The notes under the pieces were generated by a model, which saw only the letters and a program-made list of their open reading frames with translations, had not been told where the DNA came from and searched no databases. Positions 1-9,105 of a stretch of DNA of 64,000 bases are shown here, in pieces. The position numbers and the translations under genes were made by a program. Each line of letters starts with the position of its first letter. The first letter of the stretch is position 1. Origin of the DNA: an uncultured Ignavibacteria bacterium (GTDB lineage: Bacteria > Zixibacteria > MSB-5A5 > SM1-73); NCBI GenBank assembly GCA_964588305.1, contig CAZPOP010000004.1, positions 26,470-90,469 of the forward strand. Reading direction: 5' to 3'.

Positions 1-1
1 G

Positions 2-466
2 TATTCCAACACTTCTGCACGCTGCTTGAGCATTTGCGCTGAATTGATCAAATTAGGAGCTGACCCCAAGATCCTGACCAATAGAATCTATTTTGACCAT
101 TCTCTTTCTTTTTTGAAACTTCTGGGGAGCCTTTTAGAAAGGTTGGAAGTCAGAAATGGGGGAAAAACGTGTTCGGTGGCCATTGGTCGGTCTTTGTTGT
201 CGAACTACGGGGTCAATCCCGAGGAGATCGAGGGAATCGCAGCTTATTCCCTCTTCTTAAGCGGGGTGGAAGTCGGAGTATTGTTTACAGAAATAGAGGA
301 ACGCAAAACCAAGGTCAGCCTGAGATCGCAAGACCATTTTGACGTGAGCAAACTGGCTAAGATCTTTGGGGGTGGGGGGCACAAGAATGCCGCTGGCTGC
401 ACCTTGAACTACGATTTGGAAAAAGCCAAGAAGGTCGTTTTTGACGAAATTCCGAAGCTATCATAG
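2..466 (+). CDS. DHH/DHHA1 phosphoesterase (NrnA-like), C-terminal fragment; 5' end lies outside the window
   Basis: Open frame from the window edge. DHHA1 signature GGGGHKNAAG near the C-terminus. Typical position upstream of truB. Confidence 0.7.
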   Translation, partial: YSNTSARCLSICAELIKLGADPKILTNRIYFDHSLSFLKLLGSLLERLEVRNGGKTCSVAIGRSLLSNYGVNPEEIEGIAAYSLFLSGVEVGVLFTEIEERKTKVSLRSQDHFDVSKLAKIFGGGGHKNAAGCTLNYDLEKAKKVVFDEIPKLS

Positions 467-491
467 ATTAGCTCTGCTCACTACAACAAAG

Positions 492-1424
492 ATGAACCTA
501 TCCGGATTATTAGTAGTCAATAAGAAAGCGAAGATGACCTCGCACGACGTGGTGGAAAAACTGAGGAGGGTTTTGAAATTCAAAAAGATAGGACACACGG
601 GGACATTAGATCCAGGCGCGCAAGGAGTTCTTTTAGCCTGCCTGGGAAAGGCGACAAAAATCGCGAAGCTTCTGACGGAATACGACAAAGAATATGAAGC
701 GGTGATCAGATTAGGGGTCACCACAGACACTTATGATGGAGAAGGGAAAGTCGTTCAGATAAGAGACAGTCTGAAGATTAGCGAAGACGAGATAAGAGAA
801 GCGGCACAGTCCTTCAAGGGAGAGATATGGCAGACGCCTCCTTTGTATTCAGCGGTTAAGCAGGGTGGTAAAAAGCTTTACCAGTATGCCCGGGCTGGCA
901 AGCAGGTGGAAAGGAAAAAGCGGAAGGTCTTCATAAAGGATGTGCAGGTATTGGAGGTTAGGCCCCCTTTCGTGAAATTAAAGGTCAATTGCTCCAAGGG
1001 AACTTATATCCGCAGCTTGGCGCATGACATGGGGGAGATGTTGGGATGCGGGGCGCATCTCTTTTCGCTCTTCCGAACCAGAGTAGGACCATTCGATGTC
1101 AAGGAGGCCCTGGACCTGAAAGCCATAGAAGAGATTAAACATGAGGGTAAGATGGGAGACTTTTTGATCTGCATTGAGAAGGTTTTGGCTCACCTTCCTT
1201 CCGTGGTGGTAAAAAACGGTTTTGCTCTGAGAATAAAGGAGGGTCCCAATCTTCTTCCCTCGTCCGTGCTATCATGGGAGAAGGAATTCGATAAGGATCA
1301 AGTGATTTGTATAAAAAACAATCAGGGGGAGATCATCGCCATAGGGAAGGCCTTATGTTGTTCCGGCGAGTTCTCAGATGAGAACCGGGAAGGCAGACTT
1401 TTTGAATATTCGCGGGTGCTTTAA
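492..1424 (+). CDS. truB: tRNA pseudouridine-55 synthase TruB
   Basis: GHTGTLDP catalytic-Asp motif and a PUA-like C-terminus. ATG at 492 (MNLSGLLVVNK...) preferred over the longer 441 start. Confidence 0.9.
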   Translation: MNLSGLLVVNKKAKMTSHDVVEKLRRVLKFKKIGHTGTLDPGAQGVLLACLGKATKIAKLLTEYDKEYEAVIRLGVTTDTYDGEGKVVQIRDSLKISEDEIREAAQSFKGEIWQTPPLYSAVKQGGKKLYQYARAGKQVERKKRKVFIKDVQVLEVRPPFVKLKVNCSKGTYIRSLAHDMGEMLGCGAHLFSLFRTRVGPFDVKEALDLKAIEEIKHEGKMGDFLICIEKVLAHLPSVVVKNGFALRIKEGPNLLPSSVLSWEKEFDKDQVICIKNNQGEIIAIGKALCCSGEFSDENREGRLFEYSRVL

Positions 1425-1438
1425 GCGACGTTTTCCGT

Positions 1439-2434
1439 TTGAAATTCTTAACCATCAAATTGCATTTTATGCACGTTTGTTTCGACATAAGAGAAGTTGA
1501 CCTCCGGGTTTTGGACAAACCGGTAGTGAGTCTTGGGACTTTTGACGGAGTCCATTTGGGTCATCAGGCGGTAATTAAGAAGCTTCTGGACAAAGCAAAA
1601 GAGAGAGACAAGATGGCGCTGGTGATCACCTATGAGCCGCATCCTCAGAGCGTGGTCGCACCACAGAGCACCCCTCAGATTCTAACCACCTTGGAAGAAA
1701 AACTTGACCTTTTCGAGAAGTTGGGAGTGAAGGAGACTTTGGTGGTGAACTTCGATCGCAAGTTCAGCCAACTTGCGGCGAAAGAGTTCATGGAAGAAAT
1801 TCTGGTGAGAGGACTAAGTGCGAGCGGCATTGTGGTAGGCCACGATCATGCTTTCGGAAGCAATAGATCCGGAAACGTCGAACTGCTTGCCCAGATTAGC
1901 AAGAAGTACAAGTTTGAGTTGGAGGTGCTGCCTCCGGTGCGTGCCCAGGTATCTCCTCGTGATTCTGCTCAGACAGGTGGTGGGGAGCGAATAAGCAGCA
2001 CCAAGATAAGGAGAGAACTTAAGGAAGGGGATTTCGAAAGAGGGATAAACATGCTGGGGCACAGCTATCCCATTTGGGGCGAAGCTACAAAAGGAAAGGG
2101 GAGAGGAAAGATTTTGGATTACCCCACCATCAATCTCCAGACCGCACCGGCGAAGCTTCTGCCCAAAGAAGGGGTATACGCCACCAAGGTGCAGATCCGA
2201 GACAAGAATCATTTCGGAATGTTGCACATCGGAGCTAAACCTACTTTCGGCGACAGCTCTCAATCAACTGAAGTTCACCTGTTGGACGCAGAGCCGGAGC
2301 AGATCGACTCTGAAGTACGTCTCTTGGTGGAGAGTTGGATTCGTGAAGTGCAGAGATTCGACACGCCCGCCCTGCTGAAAGATCAGTTAAGGGTAGACGA
2401 GAGGAAAATAAAGGAGATGTTTCACATAGATTAA
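1439..2434 (+). CDS. ribF: Bifunctional riboflavin kinase / FAD synthetase
   Basis: GTFDGVHLGHQ nucleotidyltransferase motif plus a C-terminal riboflavin kinase domain. Start uncertain (TTG 1439 or ATG 1469). Confidence 0.9.
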   Translation: MKFLTIKLHFMHVCFDIREVDLRVLDKPVVSLGTFDGVHLGHQAVIKKLLDKAKERDKMALVITYEPHPQSVVAPQSTPQILTTLEEKLDLFEKLGVKETLVVNFDRKFSQLAAKEFMEEILVRGLSASGIVVGHDHAFGSNRSGNVELLAQISKKYKFELEVLPPVRAQVSPRDSAQTGGGERISSTKIRRELKEGDFERGINMLGHSYPIWGEATKGKGRGKILDYPTINLQTAPAKLLPKEGVYATKVQIRDKNHFGMLHIGAKPTFGDSSQSTEVHLLDAEPEQIDSEVRLLVESWIREVQRFDTPALLKDQLRVDERKIKEMFHID

Positions 2435-2446
2435 AAGGAGGTTATC

Positions 2447-2716
2447 TTGCCACTCACCAGAGAAAAGAAGGAGAGGTTGATCAGAGAATACCGAATGCAT
2501 GATAACGATACCGGTTCACCAGAGGTGCAGATCGCTTTGCTCACCGAAAGGATCAGCCAGTTGACCGATCATTTGAAAATGCACCGTAAGGATTTTAGCT
2601 CCCGAAGAGGACTTCTGAAATTGGTGGGACAAAGGAGGAGACTTCTGGACTATCTGAAGGATACGGATCTGGATGGTTATCGGAAGATCGTGGAAGAGTT
2701 AGGTTTGAGAAGATAA
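2447..2716 (+). CDS. rpsO: 30S ribosomal protein S15
   Basis: 89 aa with a full-length S15-like sequence ([34 protein letters not shown]). TTG start preceded by AGGAGG. Confidence 0.95.
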   Translation: MPLTREKKERLIREYRMHDNDTGSPEVQIALLTERISQLTDHLKMHRKDFSSRRGLLKLVGQRRRLLDYLKDTDLDGYRKIVEELGLRR

Positions 2717-2720
2717 CGAA

Positions 2721-2748
2721 AGTTGAGAGTCAAGAGTTAAGAGTTCAG
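2721..2748 (+). repeat. Four tandem degenerate heptamers in the rpsO-pnp spacer: AGTTGAG AGTCAAG AGTTAAG AGTTCAG
   Basis: Read directly from the sequence; period 7. Confidence 0.6.
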
Positions 2749-2812
2749 AGAAAAAGACCTTTACTCCGGAATTTTTACTCGCGACAATGGACTGAATCTC
2801 AGGAGCGTCAGA

Positions 2813-4900
2813 ATGGTTGAAAGAGTGGAAGTAGACTTAGGCGGAAGGAGTTTGATCGTAGAGACCGGCAAAGTTGCAAAACAGTCTCACGGAGCAACGA
2901 CTGTGCGCTCCGGAGATACCATCATCTTGGCCAGCGTGGTGGAGGCAAAAGATGTGGATCTGGAGCAGGATTTCCTCCCTCTGTTCGTAGACTACAGAGA
3001 AAAGGCCTATGCCGCCGGCAAGATTCCAGGCGGGTTTTTCAAAAGAGAAGGGAGACCCAGTGAAAAGGAGATCGTGAGTGCCAGATTGATTGACAGGTGT
3101 CTGCGCCCCTTGTTTCCGGAAGGGTACTTCAATGAGGTGCAGGTGATGGTGATGGTTCTCTCCTCTGATCAGGAGAATGATGCCGATGTTCTGGGATTGG
3201 TGGGGGCATCGGCAGCCTTAGGCATTTCGCCCATACCTTTCTATGAGCGAGTCGGAGCGGTTAGGGTGGGTCGGGTCAATGGTCGGTTTATCGCAAATCC
3301 CCTTTTCTCAGAGCTTGATGAGAGTGATATGAGTTTGGTGGTGGCGGGCACAAGGGATTCCATCAACATGGTGGAGGGAAGCTGCCAGGAAGTCTCCGAG
3401 GAGGATATCCTGGCCGCCCTGGAGTTTGGGCATGAAAAGGTAAAAATGATTGTCGAAATTCAGGAACAGCTCTTGAAAAGCTGCGGAAAGCCGAAACGAC
3501 AAGTAGAACCCCCTCCCAAGAATCCGGAATTGGTGGATGCGGTCACAAACCTAGCTTTCGAGAGAATAAAGGAGGCTGACCGTTCTCCAGACAAAACCGA
3601 AAGAGAAAACAAGCTGGACGAACTGTTGGATTCGGTGATGTTGGAGCTTCAAGAGAAATTCCCGGAAAGCGAGAGTCAAATCAAAGCGATTCTCCAGGAA
3701 CTGGAGAAACAGGATATGCGGGAGATGATTCTAACCGAAGGGAAAAGGGTGGACGGCAGGGACATTCATCAGATAAGGCCGATCTCCTGCGAGGTGGGGG
3801 TTTTGCCACGGACCCATGGCTCCGCGATTTTCACCCGAGGGCAGACCCAGTGTCTGGCCGTTGCCACTTTGGGTACCAAGATAGATGAACAGAGAGTTGA
3901 CGACTTGGAGGGCGAATCCTCCAAAAGCTACATGCTTCATTACAATTTTCCCCCTTTCAGCGTGGGGGAGATACGTCCCATTAGAGGGCCGGGAAGAAGG
4001 GAGATCGGCCATGGTGTATTAGCCGAAAGAGCCATCCAGCCGGTGGTTCCTAAAGAAGAGGTCTTCCCCTACACCATTCGACTCGTCTCCGATATCTTAG
4101 AGTCGAACGGCTCCTCCTCCATGGCCACGGTCTGTGGAGGGACCCTTTCTTTAATGGATGCGGGCGTCCCCATCAAAGCCCCGGTGGCTGGAGTGGCCTT
4201 AGGACTGATCAAGGACGGGGAAAAAGTTGCAATTCTCTCTGACATACTGGGGGTGGAGGATCACCTGGGAGATATGGATTTCAAGGTCACCGGCACCCGG
4301 GAGGGAATCACCGCCTTTCAGATGGACCTCAAGATGGCTGGGATAGATCTGAGCCTGTTGAGCCAAGCCCTGAAGCGAGCGAAAGAAGGCAGGCTTCACG
4401 TCCTGGATATAATGGAGCAGACCATTGCCAAGCCCAGACCGCAGCTCTCCGCCTACGCACCTCGGATAATCATCTTGAAGGTGAAACCGGACAAGATCGG
4501 TGAGATCATAGGTCCCGGGGGAAAGGTCATCAGAGGCATAATCGAGCAAAGCGGGGCGAAGATCGATATCGAGGACGATGGCTCCATCTTCATTGCCTCT
4601 GTCGATCAAAAAGCAGGCGAGCTGGCCCAGGAGCTCATATTGAAGCTGACCGAGGAACCAGAGATGGGCAAGGAGTATGTCGGCAAGGTGAAGAGGGTCA
4701 CCTCCTTTGGAGCATTTGTGGAGATCCTTCCCGGACAGGATGGTCTTGTGCACATATCGGAATTGGACACCCGAAGGGTGAATCGGGTGGAGGATATTCT
4801 GAATGTGGGGGATGAGGTGAAGGTTAAAATCATCGGCATTGATGTGGATGGAAAAATCAGGCTATCCAGAAAAGCTTGCTTTGCTGTCAGAAACAAATAG
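2813..4900 (+). CDS. pnp: Polynucleotide phosphorylase
   Basis: 695 aa with two RNase PH domains and C-terminal KH and S1 domains. Canonical rpsO-pnp synteny. Confidence 0.97.
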   Translation: MVERVEVDLGGRSLIVETGKVAKQSHGATTVRSGDTIILASVVEAKDVDLEQDFLPLFVDYREKAYAAGKIPGGFFKREGRPSEKEIVSARLIDRCLRPLFPEGYFNEVQVMVMVLSSDQENDADVLGLVGASAALGISPIPFYERVGAVRVGRVNGRFIANPLFSELDESDMSLVVAGTRDSINMVEGSCQEVSEEDILAALEFGHEKVKMIVEIQEQLLKSCGKPKRQVEPPPKNPELVDAVTNLAFERIKEADRSPDKTERENKLDELLDSVMLELQEKFPESESQIKAILQELEKQDMREMILTEGKRVDGRDIHQIRPISCEVGVLPRTHGSAIFTRGQTQCLAVATLGTKIDEQRVDDLEGESSKSYMLHYNFPPFSVGEIRPIRGPGRREIGHGVLAERAIQPVVPKEEVFPYTIRLVSDILESNGSSSMATVCGGTLSLMDAGVPIKAPVAGVALGLIKDGEKVAILSDILGVEDHLGDMDFKVTGTREGITAFQMDLKMAGIDLSLLSQALKRAKEGRLHVLDIMEQTIAKPRPQLSAYAPRIIILKVKPDKIGEIIGPGGKVIRGIIEQSGAKIDIEDDGSIFIASVDQKAGELAQELILKLTEEPEMGKEYVGKVKRVTSFGAFVEILPGQDGLVHISELDTRRVNRVEDILNVGDEVKVKIIGIDVDGKIRLSRKACFAVRNK

Positions 4901-5025
4901 ATCCCCCCGGTCCGAATTCTGGGTCCTTAAGAGAATCTTTGCTCTTTTTTGCCCAAACATGCGAGGAAGAGGGCAAAATACAGGTTGAGGTTTTTTGTTA
5001 CTTTGCTTCTAGAAAGGATACGGTT

Positions 5026-6297
5026 TTGAGAGGAATCCATAAGAAGACTGTTTTAAAAAACGGCATCCGTGTGTTGACGGAAAAGATCGGATATGTTCGG
5101 TCCGTGGCCATTGGGGTATGGATAGACGTTGGCTCCAGAGACGAAGCAAGCAACGAGACCGGAGTCTCTCACTTCATCGAGCATATGCTTTTCAAAGGAA
5201 CCAAGAAGAGGACCGCCAAGGAGATTGCCTCTTCTTTGGAATCGGTGGGAGGAGCCCTAAATGCTTTTACCGGGCGTGAACACACCTGCTACTTCGCGAG
5301 GATTTTGGATGAGCATTTGAGCATTGCCGTAGAAGTTTTGGCTGACATCCTAAAGAACTCTCTTCTGAATCCAACGGATGTGGAACGGGAAAAAACGGTG
5401 ATAGCCTCGGAGATCAGGGATTTGGAAGATTCGCCCGCGGATTTAGCTCACGATCGTCTGATGTCCGGCATGTGGCAGGATCATCCACTGGGAAGATCCA
5501 TCATGGGGGACGCGGAGAGCATTCTGAGGATGACCAGAGGTAAGCTTATCGATTTCACCAAGAGAAATTATGTCTCCCCCAAGGTGGTCATCGCCGCATC
5601 CGGCAATTTCAACCATAGGGATTTGGTTACGATGATCCAAGAGAAATTCCGGTTCAGTCAGACTGAGAGGACGCATCTGGCCGACCGATCCACTCCGGAG
5701 CCCAATCTAAACAGGATGGTGGTGAGCCGCCAAACGGCTCAGACTCACGTTAGTCTGGGAGTTCCTGCATTTCCCTATAAGGATAAGAGAAGATATGCCG
5801 CTATGCTCTTGAGCAATATCCTGGGTGGAGGAATGAGTTCTCGTCTTTTCCAGAGCATTAGGGAAGAACTGGGACTGGCCTATAATGTATATAGCTTCAT
5901 CGATTTTTTTGTAGATACCGGCGTTTTCGGCATCTATTTGGGAACTCACAAGAAAAACGCCGCCAGGGCGATTGATCTGGTCTTGAAAGAAATCAGAAAG
6001 ATAAAGAAGCATAGTGTATCCAGACAGGAACTCTCTAACTCCAAGTATCAGCTGAAGGGAAGTCTGATGTTGAGCCTGGAGAATACCTCTAACCGGATGA
6101 ATCGGCTGGCTCGACAGGAGCTCCTTTTGGGCAAATATGTGAACCTGGACGAGACTGCAAGCTCGATAAATAGGGTTAAGGCAAAAGAAGTGATCGACGT
6201 GGCGGTTGACCTTCTTGATTCCAACAAACTCTCCGCCCTGATCTTGGGACCAGTGGGAAAAAGAGTAGTCAATCAGATTGATTGGAGCCTCAGATAA
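5026..6297 (+). CDS. M16 (pitrilysin/insulinase) family zinc peptidase
   Basis: HFIEHMLFKGT inverted zinc-binding motif (HxxEH). The ORF opens at 4876 inside pnp; TTG 5026 with an upstream AAAGGA is a more plausible start (uncertain). Confidence 0.8.
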   Translation: MRGIHKKTVLKNGIRVLTEKIGYVRSVAIGVWIDVGSRDEASNETGVSHFIEHMLFKGTKKRTAKEIASSLESVGGALNAFTGREHTCYFARILDEHLSIAVEVLADILKNSLLNPTDVEREKTVIASEIRDLEDSPADLAHDRLMSGMWQDHPLGRSIMGDAESILRMTRGKLIDFTKRNYVSPKVVIAASGNFNHRDLVTMIQEKFRFSQTERTHLADRSTPEPNLNRMVVSRQTAQTHVSLGVPAFPYKDKRRYAAMLLSNILGGGMSSRLFQSIREELGLAYNVYSFIDFFVDTGVFGIYLGTHKKNAARAIDLVLKEIRKIKKHSVSRQELSNSKYQLKGSLMLSLENTSNRMNRLARQELLLGKYVNLDETASSINRVKAKEVIDVAVDLLDSNKLSALILGPVGKRVVNQIDWSLR

Positions 6298-6339
6298 TCT
6301 CGTCAGGTACACGAATCAACACCGCACGTACCGTGCCTG

Positions 6340-7251
6340 GTGCCCATGTTTGGCCATGCAATTTCGGCGGCAACAATCTCTTTTATGTTTTCTTGCCTTT
6401 GGGGACGGAAGGTGTGTAAGACAGACTCAGACAGAGGTATCCCGATTCTAACCTACCATAGAATAACCGATGATTTCGATTGGGGAATTACCAGGCAAAA
6501 AGTTGGTCAATTCGAGAAAGGGATAAAGTTTCTTCGTGATCAAGGGTATCAATCTGTTTCACTGGAGGAGGCCTTCAAACCCGCCAAGACCTGTGACAGA
6601 AAGGTTGTTATCACGTTCGATGACGGATATGAGGACGTTTACTTGAATGCTTTTCCGGTTTTGCAGAAATATGAGTTCACCGCTTTTGTTTTTGTGATCA
6701 CCGGGTTTGTTGGGAAATACAACAGCTGGGATTATAATCCGGGGAGAAGGAGAACCAGACACTTGGATTGGAAACAGATCAGGGAGATGTCCGAATTCGG
6801 ATTCGGGCTCGGATCTCACACGGTGAATCATCCCGACTTAACCAGAATCGATCGGAGATTTGTGGGATATGAGCTGGGAAAATCAAAAGAGATTTTGGAG
6901 CGGAAGTTGGGAAAAGAGGTAAATTTTCTGTCCTATCCTTTCGGCAGATATGACCGGTTCGCACAAGAGGAGGCCCAAAGGGTGGGTTATAAGAGAGCTT
7001 ATACATTATGTTCAAGGGATGAAGAGAACGGGTTTCAAGCGTTTGCACAAAAGAGATGGGGAATATATCTTTTTGACTCGCCTTTGACTTTGAACATGAA
7101 ATTAAACCAGAACAGGCTTTCTTGGATAGAGGATTTGAAGGGAAGGATCATCAATCGATTCGCCTCAGGAACGGCAATCTTGAAGGGTTCTCCCGATTAC
7201 GGTGCGCTGGAGAATGAGGCCGATGTGGAGCAGGTGGCTGCCCGCGAGTAA
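6340..7251 (+). CDS. Polysaccharide deacetylase (NodB-homology, CE4) family protein
   Basis: ITFDDGYEDVY and HTVNHPDL motifs. N-terminal hydrophobic segment. Confidence 0.75.
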   Translation: MPMFGHAISAATISFMFSCLWGRKVCKTDSDRGIPILTYHRITDDFDWGITRQKVGQFEKGIKFLRDQGYQSVSLEEAFKPAKTCDRKVVITFDDGYEDVYLNAFPVLQKYEFTAFVFVITGFVGKYNSWDYNPGRRRTRHLDWKQIREMSEFGFGLGSHTVNHPDLTRIDRRFVGYELGKSKEILERKLGKEVNFLSYPFGRYDRFAQEEAQRVGYKRAYTLCSRDEENGFQAFAQKRWGIYLFDSPLTLNMKLNQNRLSWIEDLKGRIINRFASGTAILKGSPDYGALENEADVEQVAARE

Positions 7252-7274
7252 GTCGGGTTTAACAGTTGCAGCAG

Positions 7275-7649
7275 ATGAAAGCTTTTTTGCTGAAATGGTT
7301 CGTCACCGCAGTTTCGATATTCATCGTGGCTAACGTATTTGGGGTGATTTACATTGAGAACTTGAAAGCACTGGTGCTGGCGGCTTTGATTCTGGGGGTT
7401 CTGAATGCCATCCTGAGACCAGTTCTGATAATCCTGACTTTGCCCATAACTCTCTTAACCCTGGGGCTTTCTACCCTGGCGATAAATGGCTTTCTTCTAT
7501 ATGTGGTATCGGGCCTGGTGTCGGGTTTTGAGATCGCCAGTTTTTGGAGAGCGTTCCTGGCGGCTCTTTTGATCAGTGCGGTTACTGCTTTGATAAATTT
7601 TCTGATACATAGGGAACCACAGGTGAGAATAACCTATACCAAGAGATGA
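7275..7649 (+). CDS. Small 4-TM membrane protein, phage-holin-4-like / DUF360 family
   Basis: About 124 aa and entirely hydrophobic, with a VLNAILRPVLIILTLPITLLTLGL segment typical of this family. Ends with TGA. Confidence 0.6.
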   Translation: MKAFLLKWFVTAVSIFIVANVFGVIYIENLKALVLAALILGVLNAILRPVLIILTLPITLLTLGLSTLAINGFLLYVVSGLVSGFEIASFWRAFLAALLISAVTALINFLIHREPQVRITYTKR

Positions 7650-7717
7650 AAAAGAGTGGTAGAGCCGAAGGTTGGAGAGTACTGTAGTCTTTTCGTCTTC
7701 CATTGAAGAGAGGTGAA

Positions 7718-9013
7718 ATGGATTTTTGTTACATTGAAGATATCGGGAAATTCGAAGGAAAAAAGGTGACCCTAAAAGGTTGGCTTTACAACAAAAGGTC
7801 CAAGGGCAAGATCCATTTTCTCTTGGTTCGAGACGGAACCGGCATCATTCAGTGTGTGATGACCAAAGGCGAGGTGGCAGATGAGGTTTTTGGGGCTTAT
7901 GACGCGCTTACTCAAGAATCATCCCTGGAAGTCACCGGAACGGTAAGGAAAGATAAAAGGGCTCCCGGTGGTTACGAATTGAACTTAGAAGATGTCAAAA
8001 TCGTCCAGATTGCTCAGGATTATCCCATTACTCCGAAGCCACACGGAGCGCCGTTCTTGTTTGAGCACCGGCATCTGCATTTGAGATCGACTCGTCCCCA
8101 TGCCATTCTGAGAGTCAGGAATGAACTTATCTGGGCGATAAGGAAGTTTTTTTACGATAACAAGTTTGTTCTCATCGATACTCCCATTTTGACCGGAGCC
8201 ATAGGGGAGACGGCAGCCACTTTGTTCGAGACAGAGTATTTCGATTTGGGAAAAGCCTATTTGGCTCAGACCGGGCAGTTGTACCTGGAAGCGGCTTGCG
8301 CCGCTTTCGGGAAGGTTTACTGCTTCGGGCCTACCTTCAGGGCGGAAAAATCCAAGACTCGAAGGCACCTGACTGAATTCTGGATGATGGAGGCAGAGGA
8401 GGCCTTCTACGATAATGAACAGAACATGGACTTGGAAGAGGATCTCTGCATCTATATTGTGGATTGGCTTTTGAATAATTGCAGGGAAGAATTCAAGATT
8501 TTAGAGAGAGATACCTCCCCTTTAGAGAATGTGAAAAAACCTTTTCCCAGAATCTCCTATGATGAAGCGGTGGAGAGGCTCAAAGGAGCCGGAAGCGAGA
8601 TTGAGTGGGGAATCGATTTCGGAGGCGAACATGAAACCATTTTGGCCAATATGTTCGACCGTCCAGTTTTCGTTTACAATTACCCAAAGAGAGCCCGGGC
8701 ATTTTACATGAAACCGCATCCCACCAGAGATGATTTAGTTCTGTGCGCTGATCTTTTGGCTCCTGAAGGATATGGGGAGATCATCGGTGGGTCGCAGAGG
8801 AATGACGATCATGACAGCTTGATTCAAAGAATAGAGGAGGAGAAACTGCCAAAAGATGCCTACAAGTGGTTCCTAGAGTTGAGAAAATACGGTTCGGTTC
8901 CGCATTCCGGTTTCGGCCTGGGGGTAGAAAGGGTCGTCACCTGGATTTGCGGCTTGCCTCACATAAGAGAGTCTGTCCCATTTCCCAGAACATTATATAG
9001 GTTGTATCCTTGA
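7718..9013 (+). CDS. asnS: Asparaginyl-tRNA synthetase (class IIb)
   Basis: FRAEKSKTRRHLTEFWMMEAE (motif 2 region) and GFGLGVERVV (motif 3). About 431 aa. ATG 7718 preceded by GAGGTG. Ends at TGA right after the conserved C-terminus. Confidence 0.88.
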   Translation: MDFCYIEDIGKFEGKKVTLKGWLYNKRSKGKIHFLLVRDGTGIIQCVMTKGEVADEVFGAYDALTQESSLEVTGTVRKDKRAPGGYELNLEDVKIVQIAQDYPITPKPHGAPFLFEHRHLHLRSTRPHAILRVRNELIWAIRKFFYDNKFVLIDTPILTGAIGETAATLFETEYFDLGKAYLAQTGQLYLEAACAAFGKVYCFGPTFRAEKSKTRRHLTEFWMMEAEEAFYDNEQNMDLEEDLCIYIVDWLLNNCREEFKILERDTSPLENVKKPFPRISYDEAVERLKGAGSEIEWGIDFGGEHETILANMFDRPVFVYNYPKRARAFYMKPHPTRDDLVLCADLLAPEGYGEIIGGSQRNDDHDSLIQRIEEEKLPKDAYKWFLELRKYGSVPHSGFGLGVERVVTWICGLPHIRESVPFPRTLYRLYP

Positions 9014-9105
9014 TTTGTCTGGATCGTCGGAGAGGTGCGTATCGAATACCGAGAGAACGTCAGCTTGGTGAGTGAATTGAGTCCGTTTGTCTTTCAAGAG
9101 GTATT

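Noticed and set aside
4876-5025. Long N-terminal extensions offered by the ORF track: M16 peptidase from 4876, apt from 19186, fdnH from 27258, rny from 63901, truB from 441, TIGR00725 protein from 20032.
   Set aside because: The extensions overlap upstream genes or repeats and add non-homologous residues ahead of the conserved N-termini. Internal starts with SD sequences fit better, but the exact starts remain unverified.
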